A stretch of DNA of 64,000 nucleotides from Tubiluchus corallicola. Lineage: Eukaryota > Animalia > Priapulida. The position numbers and the translations under genes were made by a program. Each line of letters begins with the position of its first letter. Within the stretch, counting starts at the first letter, position 1. Under the pieces are notes generated by a model. The model ran no database searches. It was not told the origin of the DNA and saw nothing but the letters and a program-made list of their open reading frames with translations. The stretch covers positions 1 to 64,000 of the forward strand of contig JAQGDQ010000817.1 of assembly GCA_030141605.1 (NCBI GenBank). The letters are read 5' to 3'. This document shows, piece after piece, positions 1-12,490 of this stretch.

Positions 1-2798
1 TGGCCTGCAGTTGGAGATGAATGCATTTCCGTTAAAACTTTTTCGCGAAAAGCGCGAGAGACTAACCATTGCCAGCGAGTAAGACTCCCTTCAGGGCTTT
101 CCCATTTCCGCTGCAAAATGCCATCTCTTAAACGCAGTGTGTCCCAATGCGCTAAAACCGCTTTAGCTTCTCTGCTAAGGGGTGATCGCTGTTCCCATGT
201 TGGTTTTTCGCTTGACGTTTCAAGAAACGCTATGACTGGTGCTAGATCTTTATCATTTAATTGACGTTCTTTAAAATGTAATTCAGTATCACGCAAAGTT
301 GTACCAACTTTGACAAATTTTGCCGGTTCAGTGATTTCTGGCTTCACACATCTTGATGCCTGATTAATTTCGCTGTCAATTTTACTTCTCCAGGCTGGCT
401 GTAAGGCATTTTTGCTATTTTCAGCTTCTGAATTGTTAGCTGTTCTCAGAGTTTCAAATTTTATTTCACGTTTGTTGCAATGAGAGCATTCGTGTTTGCA
501 TGGCCGTCTAGACAGCGTGTCTGCATTCGCGTGACTTTTACCGGGCCTATGCTCTATCTTGTACTGATATTGGTCCAATTTCGCAAGCCATCGAGCTAAT
601 TGGCCTTCAGGGCGCTTAAGCGTGTGAAGCCAGCGAAGTGCCGCATGGTCGGTACGTATAGAAAAGGGTTTTCCGTAAAGATAGTGATGGAAGTTGGTCA
701 CCCCTTTTATCACGGCCAGGAGTTCACGTCTAGTAGCACAGTAATTGCGTTCTGAAGGGTTAAGTATTTGACTGTAATAGGCAATTACACGTTCGTGTCC
801 ATTTTGGACTTGAGAGAGTACAGCACCGATGGCGACATTACTAGCATCGGTGTCAAGTATGAAATCTCTATCGAACTGAGGATAAGCCAGTACAGGAGAG
901 GAAGTAAGCAAGGCTTTAAGTCTCTCAAAAGACTGCTGCTGGTCTTGCTGCCACAAGAAAGGTTGATGTTTACGAGTTAGTTCGTGCAGTGGAGCAGCTA
1001 TTTTTGCAAAGTCCTTGATGAAGCGCCTGTAGTAGGTACAAAGGCCAAGAAAACTACGTAGCTCAGTCAAGTTTGTTGGTATAGGCCATTTCGCTACTGC
1101 ATCAGTTTTTGCAGGATCGGTGTGTACTCCTTGGGAACTGACAATGTGTCCAAGGTAGGCTACCTGCTTTTGTGTAAGTAGACATTTCTCAGCGTTAAGT
1201 TTAAGTCCGGCTGCTTGGAAGCGAGTGAAGACCTCTTGTAGACGCTCCAAGTGTTCGTCAAAGGTGTGGCCATAAACTATCACGTCATCGAGGTAGATTA
1301 GTAGGGTACGCCAATGAAGACCAGTCAGGACCTGCTCCATAAGGCGTTCGAAAGTCGCTGGCGCATTCGTCAGGCCAAAAGGCATAGCCTTGAATTGCCA
1401 GAGGCCTCTATGTGTAATAAAAGCCGTCTTCTCCTTGTCGTTAGGGTGCATTTCGACCTGGTGATACCCAGATTTCAAGTCAAGGGTGGAAAACCATTCA
1501 GAGCCTGATAGTGCATCTATCGAGTCATCTATGCGGGGTAAAGGATAACTGTCTTTGATGGTAATTGCATTTAGGGCTCTATAATCAATGCAGCATCTAG
1601 TGCCCCCGTTTTTCTTTCGGACTAAAACCACTGCAGATGACCACGGGCTACACGAAGGCTCGATCACACCTTGAGCTTCCATCTCTTTCATAGCTGCATC
1701 AAGCTGCTTGCGCTGCGTTTCACCGAGCCGCCGCGGTTGCACTTTAATTGGCGCATGATTGCCAGTGTTGATGGTGTGCTGGACCACGTTGGTCCGGCCG
1801 ATATCTGCTGGTCCAGAATAAAATAGCTGGTTGTTTTTCAAGAGAAAGGCGTGTAAACGCTTAAGCTGTTTACTAGATAGATGCTCTTTACTTTTCTCGA
1901 GCAAATTTCAAACAGGTTCAGATAGATGGGTGCATTTGTTTAATTTTATAATAGCAGGAAAACCATTGCGTTTTTGAACGGGTTTAGGTTCGAGTGGTTC
2001 AGGAAGTTCTTGCACAACTTCCCACCGACCAATCACTTCATTAACTGGTATAGTCACAGGTTTAGGTGACAAATTTGCAAGCAATGTTTTAACAGTATTT
2101 GCACCAGGGGGTGCAGTTACACGGCCAGTTAAAACACCTTCCCGACAGAAAAAGTCATGATTTACACGGGTAATCATGCCTGTGGCAAGTGGCAACGGCA
2201 CAGCTGGTCTACCTTCTAGTACAGTTTCAGAGAATGGAGGCAAAATTATTTGGTTTACATTTAAAATATCAGTAGTACCGTTCGCTAAGGGAAAAATTTT
2301 AACAAACTGACCGTCTGGGAAAATCAATAAATTTTTAGCGGTGTTCACGCTAACATGATTAGCACGAAGCCAATCCAGGCCAAGCACACAATCATCACCT
2401 ACAATGTCATTCGAAAGCCAAACCGGTACTGCGCCAGACCACATTTCCGGTTCATTGCCAAGTTGCAAAGAAACATTAACTGGGCCACGCAATTCAAGCT
2501 CAGATCCGTTTGCGCTTAAAGCTTTGCGATTTTCTAATAAAATTTCTTCAGTTGGTAAGGAAAGAAATTCTTTTCTTACTGTTGTCTGACTCGCACCAGT
2601 GTCAACTAAAATGCGACAAACACGACCGTTTATTGAGCCGCGCACATACAAACCAAGCGCAGGTTGCTTATAAGCGTTTTTGTTACGAACCGACGCAGAA
2701 TAATTAATGGTGTAATGCGATGTGGGTGCTCCTATGGAGACTGCTCGTCTAGTGCGAGTGGCTGGCTGTCTCCTTCTCCTGCCACCCGCTTTTAAAAA
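1..2798 (-). pseudogene. pol: Gypsy pol (protease-RT-RNase H-start of integrase) with one premature in-frame TGA at 1908-1910
   Basis: The track ORF 1908-2651 is only the protease. The same frame continues after the TGA (NLLEKSKEHL...SPWSSAVVLVRKK...CIDYRALN...LDLKSGYHQ...MPFGLTNAPATFERLM...IYLDDV) to the window edge. The frame is also open upstream to the gag stop (FLKAGGRRR...ALGLYVRGS). Confidence 0.92.
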
Positions 2799-2800
2799 TG
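2736..2800 (-). promoter_or_regulatory. Putative -1 ribosomal frameshift signal (G CAU UUU UAA) with a downstream H-type pseudoknot
   Basis: pol is in the -1 frame relative to gag at the gag stop. Stem 1 is GCGGGUGGC (2789-2781) with GCCACUCGC (2762-2754). Stem 2 is GGAGAC (2773-2768) with GUCUCC (2741-2736). Confidence 0.65.
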
Positions 2801-4780
2801 CGAACGCCCACGACCGAAGTTGTTGTAATTAGCTGTTGAATGGTAATAATTTTGGGGGGTAGTCCCAGTACATGGATAATTTTGCCCCATATTTGCAGAA
2901 AAACCATTGTTTTGGCAAAAATTATTAGAAAATTGTGCTCTATGGCGAGTTGGTTGGCCTGTCCAACTATGGGGAGGGGAAGAGCACTGTCTCGCTAAAT
3001 GCCCAAAACCACCACAATTATAACAAACTGGGCCTGAACCACGACCCGTAGGTTTAGCAGACTTATTCTGGCCAACATTTGAAACTCTGCCGTGTTTTTC
3101 AGGGGTGCGATTAAGAGCAGATTTGCTAACGTCGTTATTTGGGCTTTTGGATTTCGAACTGGGGGGCGAGGTAACAGGTAGGTGCTGAACCTTAATCGAG
3201 CTTTTGCTTGGGGGTTCGTTTTCTGTTACTCGTTTAGACGTAGCCCGAATGGACTCAACTGTAAGTGCGGTAGCTAAAGCACTTGCGAGATCAGGCGGTA
3301 CACTTTGCTGAATGTGTATTGCTAACTCAGAATCCATTAAACCATCTACGAATTTATGAATTAGCTGTTGCTCAGCAGTTTTTGTATCAACGGTTGGAAA
3401 TGCACGATGATAAAGAACGCGCAATTGCTCAGCGTATTGCCTTAAATCTTCCCCAGTGTGGCGTACTCTGGCGTTATAATGCGCACGATAAACGCTCTCT
3501 CTATTTTGATAGCCGTATCTACGACAAAGAGCCGACGAAAGGACATCATAGTTGGACCTTTGCGCCTCTGGAATGACTTCCAGCACGCCCGCAGCACTCC
3601 CTTTTAATTTTAATGCTAATCGCGCACCAGCCTCGGTGTTGTCCCAGCCATTAGCCCGACGGAGAAGCTGGAACTGTGCCTCAAAACTTTCCCAAGACAC
3701 TGTCTCGCCATCAAAAGGTGGTAGACCTCGGAGTGCCTTTTCACCGAGCCGCCCCATGCTGATGTCACTCGCCATGTTTACCGCAGCATTATCGACATTT
3801 TGTGCCACGGTGCTGGTTGCCAAACCTGTTTGTGCAGTAGAACAACCGGAAGTCCGCAAAATGGGCTCGAAAGACTGGTCTAGATTGCTTAGGCCAGTTT
3901 CAAAACGTACACGTGGGGTGGAGCCAGAAGGACCATTTTGAATCTGGCTAGACCCTTGATTTTGATGCTGCGCGTCAGCAGTGTCAGTATTCGCCATTAC
4001 AGGGGTAGAACCCAAAAGAGGCTTCTTTGCCAAAATACCACCTGTTGTAGGCGTCTCTGGTTCGCGACATGCGGTAAAATCCAAAATGGCACTAAAAATT
4101 GCCTGAGGCAGCGTAGCAACCACATTTCTCAGGTCTTGAAAACTCTCAGAAATACTAGACAACTGTTGTCTGATTTGACACAGTTGTCTGATTTGATAAG
4201 TATCTGACGCGAAATTTTGCCGAAAATTTTGATTACTTGGACTAACTCGCGTGCCCAATGCTGCATTTGGATCGCTAGCCGCGTGCCCTGAAAGAAAATC
4301 AATATTAGACATGCCCCAAGTACTCGCGCTAGGCTGGGAAGCGGAATGTTGTGAAGTAGCAGGTAGCAAAGGTAGCTGACCTTGGCTTTGCCTACTTGAA
4401 CATTCAGATGGCTTCGCTGCATGCTTTTCAGTACAAGGGTTATGCACAGGGCAAGTAACAAAAGGATTAGTTGTATTACAAGCACAGATCGACAATACAT
4501 CCTCATTATTAGTACAACTAACATCAAAACTATAGCAATGTTCCGTAGAATCTAAGGCAGTGCCCCTTAATTCTTGACCATTAGAAGAATACACACTCTG
4601 TTCTAATAGAAAATCGGCAAGCTGACGGTGTTGTAACCGTTCTAAGTCAACATCAACCGCAGTACAATAATCGGAATGCCCAGATGAGGGTAACATCCCA
4701 CTTGTTCTGACACCAGTGGACTGCTCTCCGCTTTTAGTGGAAGCAGAACGGATGGCATCGCGGCCTACACTGTGCGGCAT
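2792..4780 (-). CDS. gag: Gypsy gag (capsid-like domain plus CCHC zinc knuckle); likely true start is the ATG at 4696 overlapping the PBS
   Basis: 662-aa ORF with LPPFDGETVSWESFEAQF...LKGSAA capsid-type motifs and CYNCGGFGHLARQC. The first ~21 codons lie inside the LTR. Confidence 0.9.
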   Translation of the reverse strand: MPHSVGRDAIRSASTKSGEQSTGVRTSGMLPSSGHSDYCTAVDVDLERLQHRQLADFLLEQSVYSSNGQELRGTALDSTEHCYSFDVSCTNNEDVLSICACNTTNPFVTCPVHNPCTEKHAAKPSECSSRQSQGQLPLLPATSQHSASQPSASTWGMSNIDFLSGHAASDPNAALGTRVSPSNQNFRQNFASDTYQIRQLCQIRQQLSSISESFQDLRNVVATLPQAIFSAILDFTACREPETPTTGGILAKKPLLGSTPVMANTDTADAQHQNQGSSQIQNGPSGSTPRVRFETGLSNLDQSFEPILRTSGCSTAQTGLATSTVAQNVDNAAVNMASDISMGRLGEKALRGLPPFDGETVSWESFEAQFQLLRRANGWDNTEAGARLALKLKGSAAGVLEVIPEAQRSNYDVLSSALCRRYGYQNRESVYRAHYNARVRHTGEDLRQYAEQLRVLYHRAFPTVDTKTAEQQLIHKFVDGLMDSELAIHIQQSVPPDLASALATALTVESIRATSKRVTENEPPSKSSIKVQHLPVTSPPSSKSKSPNNDVSKSALNRTPEKHGRVSNVGQNKSAKPTGRGSGPVCYNCGGFGHLARQCSSPPHSWTGQPTRHRAQFSNNFCQNNGFSANMGQNYPCTGTTPQNYYHSTANYNNFGRGRSHF
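4695..4715 (-). promoter_or_regulatory. Primer-binding site, tRNA-Leu type (TGGTGTCAGAA-CAA-GTGGGAT)
   Basis: Lies 1 nt after the LTR-terminal CA. It matches the common TGGTGTCAGAAGTGGGAT tRNA-Leu PBS with a 3-nt insertion. Confidence 0.8.
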
Positions 4781-5120
4781 GACTCAAAGACAAAAACCAA
4801 AATGAATAAAATAAAAATGACGATTTATTACCCAAAAAAATAAACGTTCCAGACAGCTTACCGAATGGAGCAAACAGAAAGCCTGATGAAGTGCGAACAA
4901 AGCTGAGATGAGATCAGACGCCCACTGACCACTGACAAGGATCTACAGCAGACCTACCCTTTTTATAAGCTCAGGTGTGCACGTGACTAGTGGCTCCCAC
5001 TAACACAAGGTCAGAATAAGCGTCTATGTGCTAGTTAAAGCCACGTTCACACGCACACCTGAGAAGTCTGCTGTATTCTCCTGCCAGTATTACACTATCT
5101 CATCACAGCCCTGCAGTACA
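4717..5120 (-). repeat. 5' LTR of the Gypsy element (404 bp)
   Basis: Starts TGTACTGC and ends GCAGTCCA (near-perfect terminal inverted repeat). It is followed by the PBS, and its first ~190 bp recur at 35054-35246. Confidence 0.82.
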
Positions 5121-8100
5121 ATATGAAAGGAGATTACTCAGTAAATTATCTTTGATTAAGAGGTTTCATGTATGAGAAAAAGACGCTGCACTCAGATAAA
5201 ATGGATCTTCATCATTATTAATGATGTGTCAGAGCAATAATCCTGACCTGGAAATACTTTCAAGCTATAGTTATATTACAATACGATGATTTTTCACATA
5301 GATGAGGAGATAACTCAGACAACAAAACACAATACACCTTTGAAATAGAAATAAGATAAAACAAATGTGCCAGAGTCTGCACTCATTTTGGCACAAAATG
5401 TTTCGCCAAAACACTTTTCAACATATAGGTAGTCTTGACCACAAAGGCAACTTTGACACTGACTGTTTTTGGAAACATAGGTAATTTCAATTTATTTTTC
5501 AGTGGCATTATAGTTCAAGCTGTTCTGACAGATACAGTTTAAACAGTAATTTATAATTATATCAATTGATTTCATTTATAATGATACAATGCTGCAGTTG
5601 AAGAAATTTGGACATTTAGGCGACTTGGGTACTGAGGTTTATTGTCACACAGTTAATGAGGACTCTTAGATGACTTAGGCACGTAAGTAATTTGTCCGCA
5701 GGTTCTTTTGCCGCTTGGACACAAGACGTTAGGGCGCACAGGTCATTTGGTGCAACGTATTTTGGACATAGGTCGCTTAGATACAAGGCATGCACTTAAG
5801 ACACATACTGTAATTTGGACGTAAGGTAAGAGATAGGCATGTGGATTATCTGCTATATAGATAATTCGGACACAGATTTGGAAACAAGTGTTCAGAAAAT
5901 GTACAAGCGACTTACTGTTTCCTGCTGCCATGATAAATGCAGGCATCAGAATGAAGATCGTCAGCTTGACATAGAAGATCATGTCTGTGATCATGAGATA
6001 ATAAATTCTGCAAGCAAATTATTGATAATTATTAAGTAATTAAGTAATTGATAAGTAATTTTAACAGTAAAAACAATAGATTTCGCATGCAATTACAATA
6101 GAAAACGAAATAAAATGAAATATGAATTAGATTAATAGTTTAGGCTGCTAATTTATAGGGATCAAACTGCTATAATATTTACTTTAAATTTTCCAGTGTT
6201 TCAGTCATAAACCGCCTTTTGAATTGTTAAAAGAAACCTGCTTAGTAAAATGTTTCCAGTAATTATATATTTAGTTAGAAACTTAATTAAAGGCCAGCAA
6301 ACACAACTATAACGATGACGTCAAAGTGTACATTTTTGTTGATGGATGGTATAAACCTTCCTTAAACGCTTGCCGTGCCCACATTAATTGACTATATGAA
6401 ACGGGAAATTTTGAAGTTCACATTTTGAAATTATCAGGTTTTATCCTGCGATTTCACAAGGCTGTCCTCATGTCACAAGTGTCATGTGATCTATTAATCA
6501 GGCACACTTCGGCTAGTGTTGTACAATGAGATCAATGCGATGTTACCCATCTAAGTATGTTAACCATCTAAGAAAACTTCCATGCTAATAACTTCCATTC
6601 TTTTATTTATTAAATCATTTTTTACATGAACACTTTTCTGTTTTTCAATATTTTCAGTTATACAATAAAGAATTTTGCATTAATGTCAAAATTGGGAACT
6701 CTTTCCTTTAAGTAAAGGTAAAATGGCAAGATGTTGTTTTCCTGAGTACACTGAAATTGGTTGCTAACGAACAAACCTGAAGAACGCTATTATGTATCCC
6801 TTATATATCCTGCATAAATATGCACCCCCACGTGCCCCATCCGTAGTATATAAGTATGATTAGAATCTAGACTAACTTACCAGGTTAGGTAGTACTTGAC
6901 TTTCTTTTACACCGGTGGAAATGACAAAAACACGAGTATGGACCCTTTTTATATGAATTTGTGAAATATTTTAAATTACTTCTAAATATTTTAATAGCAG
7001 TTAAATTTTGAATAATGTGGTGATAAATAAATCTGGCTAATTTCACCTTGGCAAAACCACCTTCAAAGCAATTACTAAGGTCACCTCAAGTTGTGACATT
7101 TTACAGTTTAATGGATAGATTTATATAACTCAAGTCAACTTTTTACAGTTAACAAAGCTTAACTAGAACACCACAAGCTCACGAATTTACATAAACGTTT
7201 TCAGTTATATTTCCTCAAATTGAAAATTTATGAAACATTGACGAATTTTCAAAAATTTTGCACCTACAATTGACAGCAAACATTTTTTCGGATAGTGATA
7301 GTGAATCAAGTACCGCAAGTGACACAGCAAGATTTATAATCACGTATTTATAGTTCCACATGAACATTGTGTTACATTGAATGTGGTGTGGATAGATTTT
7401 TTTGATGACAAAGGGGAAAATTTACCTGCACTGCGTGATTAATCCACAATTGCTGGCTACTCTTCGCTTTAATGTTTAAATAGTAAAAGTCATTTGTGAA
7501 AAATTTTTATACTAAAATCCTTGCAAATTTTTCTATTGCTCATTTAAGATTTTCAAAATACTCTTTAATTACGTCTAAAGCATCTAAAATTAGACTGGTG
7601 AGAAAATCAGATAAAACAAGCAGCCAGGATTGCCCTTTCTTTTTCTGTTTAGGAAAGGCTAGCAAAAACATTTCAGCAATTCAATTTGCCACTTCAAGGT
7701 CAACAGAAAAGAATAGGAAATATTTAAAGGCATCCAAACAGCTGTAAGCTAAGGTGAAATTTATGTGTGATTTTATGGGTTATTTTGGATATCTAAAAAT
7801 ACGTTTATGTTTTTATGGAAACGTTGGGAATATTTGATAAATGTTAATTGAAATTGTCTATTTTATGTAATTACTTAAGCGATGATTATAATATTATTTT
7901 TCCTTTAAAAACATGGTGCTGTATTGAAATATAAAGTGGTCTGCCACAAAATTCAGTATTTCTCTATTTAGGTATAATTCATTTTCTCAGTTCACAAGAT
8001 TAGCCTTGATATTTAGACCTACGTTTTGGTTTTGCAACAACCACCTACATCAAGTAGACCCTACCAAAGAGTGATTACAGTGTTCTTAATATCCGAAGTT

Positions 8101-9559
8101 AGGCAATTGCAAGTCTGGTCAGTAAATGGGCGGTTTCATCTGCCATACTGGCCTCAGCTTTCTACTTTGTTAACAGCGGGACATCTGCAAATCTGAACAT
8201 AGCCAGACACCGCTGCTGTCTCTCAGTTCACAAGATTAACCTTGATAATCAGTGTCAGGTTTTGTTCCTGTTATAATCAAACTAAATCAAATAGGCTCCG
8301 CAGAGTGTCAGAACTGTACAAAGTTCACAATCTTCAAAAAATCAGTTATAAGTGCTGACTGTTGTTTCACAGACAAAGCGGTGCACCAGCAAAGAACTCG
8401 TCAACGGAAATAAGATACCTCATTGCGCCCACAAACAAAGTCAATATGCTTTCCTTACCTAAAATGATTTTTACATGGCTGCAATATTTATTTATTTATT
8501 TATGCAAAGCAAAGCAGAACACTCAGCAAAATTTACTGAGCCCATTATGAGGCAATACTACTTTCAAGTAAGACGAAGTTCAACTACCAAATAACAACCC
8601 ACTGCAAAGCAGCGAGCATCGTATTGAAAGCGGAAGTTGGGAAAAATCAGGAGTTTCATGAGTGTAACAGCTTCATGAATAACCTTATTACTTATTAGCT
8701 GCAGTGGTTACGCAGAGAAGGTCCCAGATAAACAATATAGACAATGATGAATGCAAAATTTGGTATATTTATAAAAAAGCATAATATTCCACATCATGGA
8801 ATTTATCATCCTAGAATACCAGATAAATTTAGAGTGGTGATAGATTGCCCAACACGTTTTCTGGAAAGAAGAGACAATATTAAAACATCTTTTGACACAT
8901 GTTACTAAGTCATGTTACTTAGCATTAGGCTTTCCTGCTCGAAAGATTCATGTATTTGGAAAAGAAAATTCTTACTAATTTATAATAATCGTGCCAACTG
9001 ATGATACATCACTGACCCACCTTTTCAGTGTGCACCACTGACTCATCAAAAACACTTTATTGATCCCATTGACGACATAAAGCTATTTATACTTGTGCCT
9101 AGCTAGCAAAGTATGTGCTACGAATGCAATGATTATATTTTCAAACTTAACCCAATGGTTATCCAAGCTTGTTTCAACGACCTATCGTGTAAAATGGCTG
9201 CGCCTAACGGCCATCGCTAGAGTTCATATTTCAAGTTTCATACAGCGTTACTACTAAGGGCCTATTTACGTACATGTCCTAATTTTTTGCCTCACCGTCA
9301 TTAGGACGCAAGAATTCTGCCAAATCAGGCAAATTAGATTAGGTCACGTGTGTGCTTCGAAGAACGAAAAGAACAGTGATAACAGCACAGCATCCCCTGT
9401 GGATTTGCGGCAAAGCGAATGGGCAATAATGACATTGATTAATCAGTGTTCAATACTCACTTATGTATGCTTGTGAATTGTACAATTGCCCATAGTTATT
9501 CTCCTGAACACCGTTCGTTGTCTTGTATCAATCAATCCAAAAGGAAACCTTTTAGGAAA

Positions 9560-9992
9560 GGGAGTTAGGATTGTGACGGTTTTATTTTTGGTGTTTCCAA
9601 CTAATGCACGGTTACGACTTTTGGTTAACGGTTCGCGATGCTCACCATCTTAGCTACTGCCTAACAAAATTTCGTTTTTGTAGAATTTACATTTCTTCCC
9701 TACAGGAGAAAAAAATCCAAGATGAAAAATCGGCTATAATATGTCATAAATACCCAAATGATAATACTTGAAAACCTGTATTTCCCTGCAAAAAAACTTG
9801 CCAAACTTGTGGTTGCCTCTCAATAATGGCCTACACTTGGCCTGCGAGCCTTTAAGCCTACGAAGGCCAAAATTAAGTGCCACCGTTGTTTAAGATAAGC
9901 AAGATGGTGAGCATCACGAACCGTTAACCAAAGGTCATAACCGTGCATTAGTTGGAAAAACCAAAAATAAAACCGTCACAAGCCTAACTCCC
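9560..9992. mobile_element. MITE with ~90-bp terminal inverted repeats
   Basis: 9560-9651 (GGGAGTTAGGATTGTGACGG...CACCATCTT) is the near-perfect reverse complement of 9901-9992. There is no coding capacity. Confidence 0.85.
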
Positions 9993-10793
9993 TAGAAGTC
10001 GAAGCAACTTTCTGTTTAAGGTCTCTTGAAAAGGCTAGCCACTGGGCCAAATGGTTCCAGGACTTGGTACGTCAGGAAAAGGTGATTGTCAGGTGTTGGT
10101 AGCGTGTCTGGTGAGGCCTATCGTACGCCTTTATAAGCATCCAAACTTACGATTTTGGAGAATCAAACCTTCAAAATTAGTCAATATGACTTTTTAGGCT
10201 AACAACTCAGGAGGATCACAAGGTTACGAGCTGACATCAGCGAGTCCTGGACCCTTACATTACTCAAGGTAGATGCGCCACCTACCAAGATGGTAGCCAG
10301 TCCTGTCGATTGTGTATCAAACGAAGTGTCACGCAGATGCCACCTGTAAAAAGTTGCAGCGCTACCACCATTATTTCTACCTTTGTCTGTCCCATATATT
10401 GACATATACAAGACGGCTGGGAGTTGACATCTGAACGTTTTCACCCACCGTAAGGTTCACTGTAGGGTTGTACAGTAATGGGCATTTGCTATCTATCCAA
10501 GTTTTGGTGCCCCCGTTTGAGAAAGATTTAAAAGTTCTTCACAAAAAACATCGTATCTATGAATCGAGCCACAAAGATAATTAGATATTTAGATATTTAT
10601 TTATTAATGTCAAAAATACATACAATGCAAGAAAAAACAAGACATGCATATAATTTCAATTTTGAAATATAATGACCCTATATACAAACAAAACAATTAA
10701 TAATAAAACAAATGTTATCAAATCTTCCTGTTAGTTATATTAGTTATTTAATGAAAACTTTAATGATTAGCAGTTAAAATAAATTGCCATTCA

Positions 10794-11371
10794 TTAGGCC
10801 GCATTTTCAGTGATTTGATTATTACATAGTTGTTGTTCATCAAGTCTTAAAAACGCTTTTTCAACATAATCAATAAATGCCTTAATTACTTCTAAATCAT
10901 TACTTCCCATCAGGAATAAAAATTTATCAATATTGCTCATAAAGAAAAATTCTGGTATAATTACGTTGACGCAATTATATAATTTTTCTCTAAGATCATT
11001 GTAATATGGGCATTTTATAACAAAGTGTAATTCGTCTTCGATATCATTTCTTAGACAATATGAGCATATACGATTCTCAGCTGGCATTTTTCTAGGTTTA
11101 ACGTACGTCCCTCTTTCAATACACAAAGCATGAGAGCTGATTCTCAGTTTTGTAAGTTTTGTTATAGCATATTGGGAATAACCAGAAAGGAAATAGTTTT
11201 CTAGCTGATATTGTTTTTTGAAGGCTCGATACGTTCGCAATTTGTTTTGTCCATCAGGTTTGTTATCATTATGGATTTCTTCTTTCCAAAATAGGGTATA
11301 ATCAGTTTTTATTTTTTCTTCTAATTTATTAAGTAGTCGTTATTCTAAACATGTTCAAAGCCATATAATAT

Positions 11372-11412
<41 letters not shown>

Positions 11413-12490
11413 ATATGTATTTAACAAAAGTAGTCCAACAAAAACAGTTGTCAGCTTCAGTTTCGGTGTTCGTTATAAGTTTGGCATGTATGACTATCAT
11501 AAGGTTGGCTAATAACATGTATCCAGTAGCGGATTGTATTCTAAATTATTTTAATAAACATGTGGAAACGGCCCAGTTCTGCCCTAGTTACATATTTGCT
11601 TCAGTTGTTACTGACATTCAAAACAAATCTGCATAATTTAATATTGGCCTCTTCGCTCTGATGTACCTCTCATGCAGTAAAAAGCTTTTAGGCGTTTGTC
11701 TTTTAGTTTAGTACAGTTTTGTCTGGAAGCACCAGACGCAAAAAATTCAACCCCAAAGTATTTATAGTATTGAACCATTTTCAGTTTATCAGACCCATAG
11801 GCTAAGTTCAAGTCTTTTAGAATTCTGCTTGCTTTGTTTAAAAACAATAGTTTCTGTCCTTTTAGTGCTGATTTTCAGAACCCATTTGCCACAATAAATA
11901 TTCCGCTGGTCAAGGCATTGTTGCACTTCTGACTGAGAACAGGAAAGTAAAACCATATCAACTGCATAGAGACGACAGTTGGTTTCAAAATTTCCTAAAC
12001 TTACGGGAACGATTTTATTAGATGTAAAAACTGTTGGCAAGTCATTGATATACAAGAATAGAGAGCTGGGCTCAACGTACATCCTTACTTAACATCCAAG
12101 GAAGATGGTATATCTTCCGTTGATCGCCAGCGAGTTAAACGAAGTGATTAGTTTTAGAGTACATATTTTGCAAAATCCTAAGGAAATAACCACCTATATT
12201 ATTTTTTAACAATTCATAGTATAATCCAATTTGCCAAACTGAATCAAAGGTTTTGCGCAAACGAAACAACGAAACAACAATAAAGTTTATGATTTCGTTT
12301 CAAAAATTTATCGATAATGGTTTTTAATGTAAACATATGATCACTTGAACCAAGGAACTATAACTTGGCTTGAAGCTTTGAGCATTTCGTTTATTAATCT
12401 GCCTGTACCAGTAGCTTTGTTATTTTTTAACTGTTTAATGTCATCAGGATTTCCGTGTCAGCTATTGTATAATCTAGCTGTAGCGAACCA
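10794..12490 (-). mobile_element. Decayed non-LTR retrotransposon (LINE) ORF2, RTE-X/CR1-group-like
   Basis: Frameshifted fragments read KQLKNNKATG..NEMLK, KTFDSVW, YINDLP, LYAVDMVLLS (YADD relic) and YKYFGV. The C-terminus is KLRISSHALCIERG..CSYC..IEDELHFVIKCPYY, a CCHC-type finger. Confidence 0.85.

Larger units (their letters stand above)
1..5120 (-). mobile_element. Ty3/Gypsy LTR retrotransposon, 5' part (runs off the left edge of the window)
   Basis: The minus strand carries, in order, LTR, PBS, gag (CCHC knuckle), protease (LVDTGA), RT (YLDD at 1284-1295), RNase H (DTDAS, RELLAV, RTDH, NADTLSR) and the start of the integrase Zn finger (EMHSSPTAG) at the window edge. The RT-RH-IN order is Ty3/Gypsy. 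Confidence 0.96.

Noticed and set aside
1908-1910. Programmed stop read-through between protease and RT
   Set aside because: The position is not a known recoding junction, and a single CGA-to-TGA change explains it more simply. The BEL TGA at 43278 is likewise best explained as TGG-to-TGA.
4870-4905. Hammerhead ribozyme core (CTGATGA) in the Gypsy LTR
   Set aside because: No stem II followed by GAAA, and no supporting helices.
5150-7460. Cys/His-containing short ORF (5839-6039) and nearby coding-like patches
   Set aside because: Probably a decayed transposon, but too fragmented to assign to a family.
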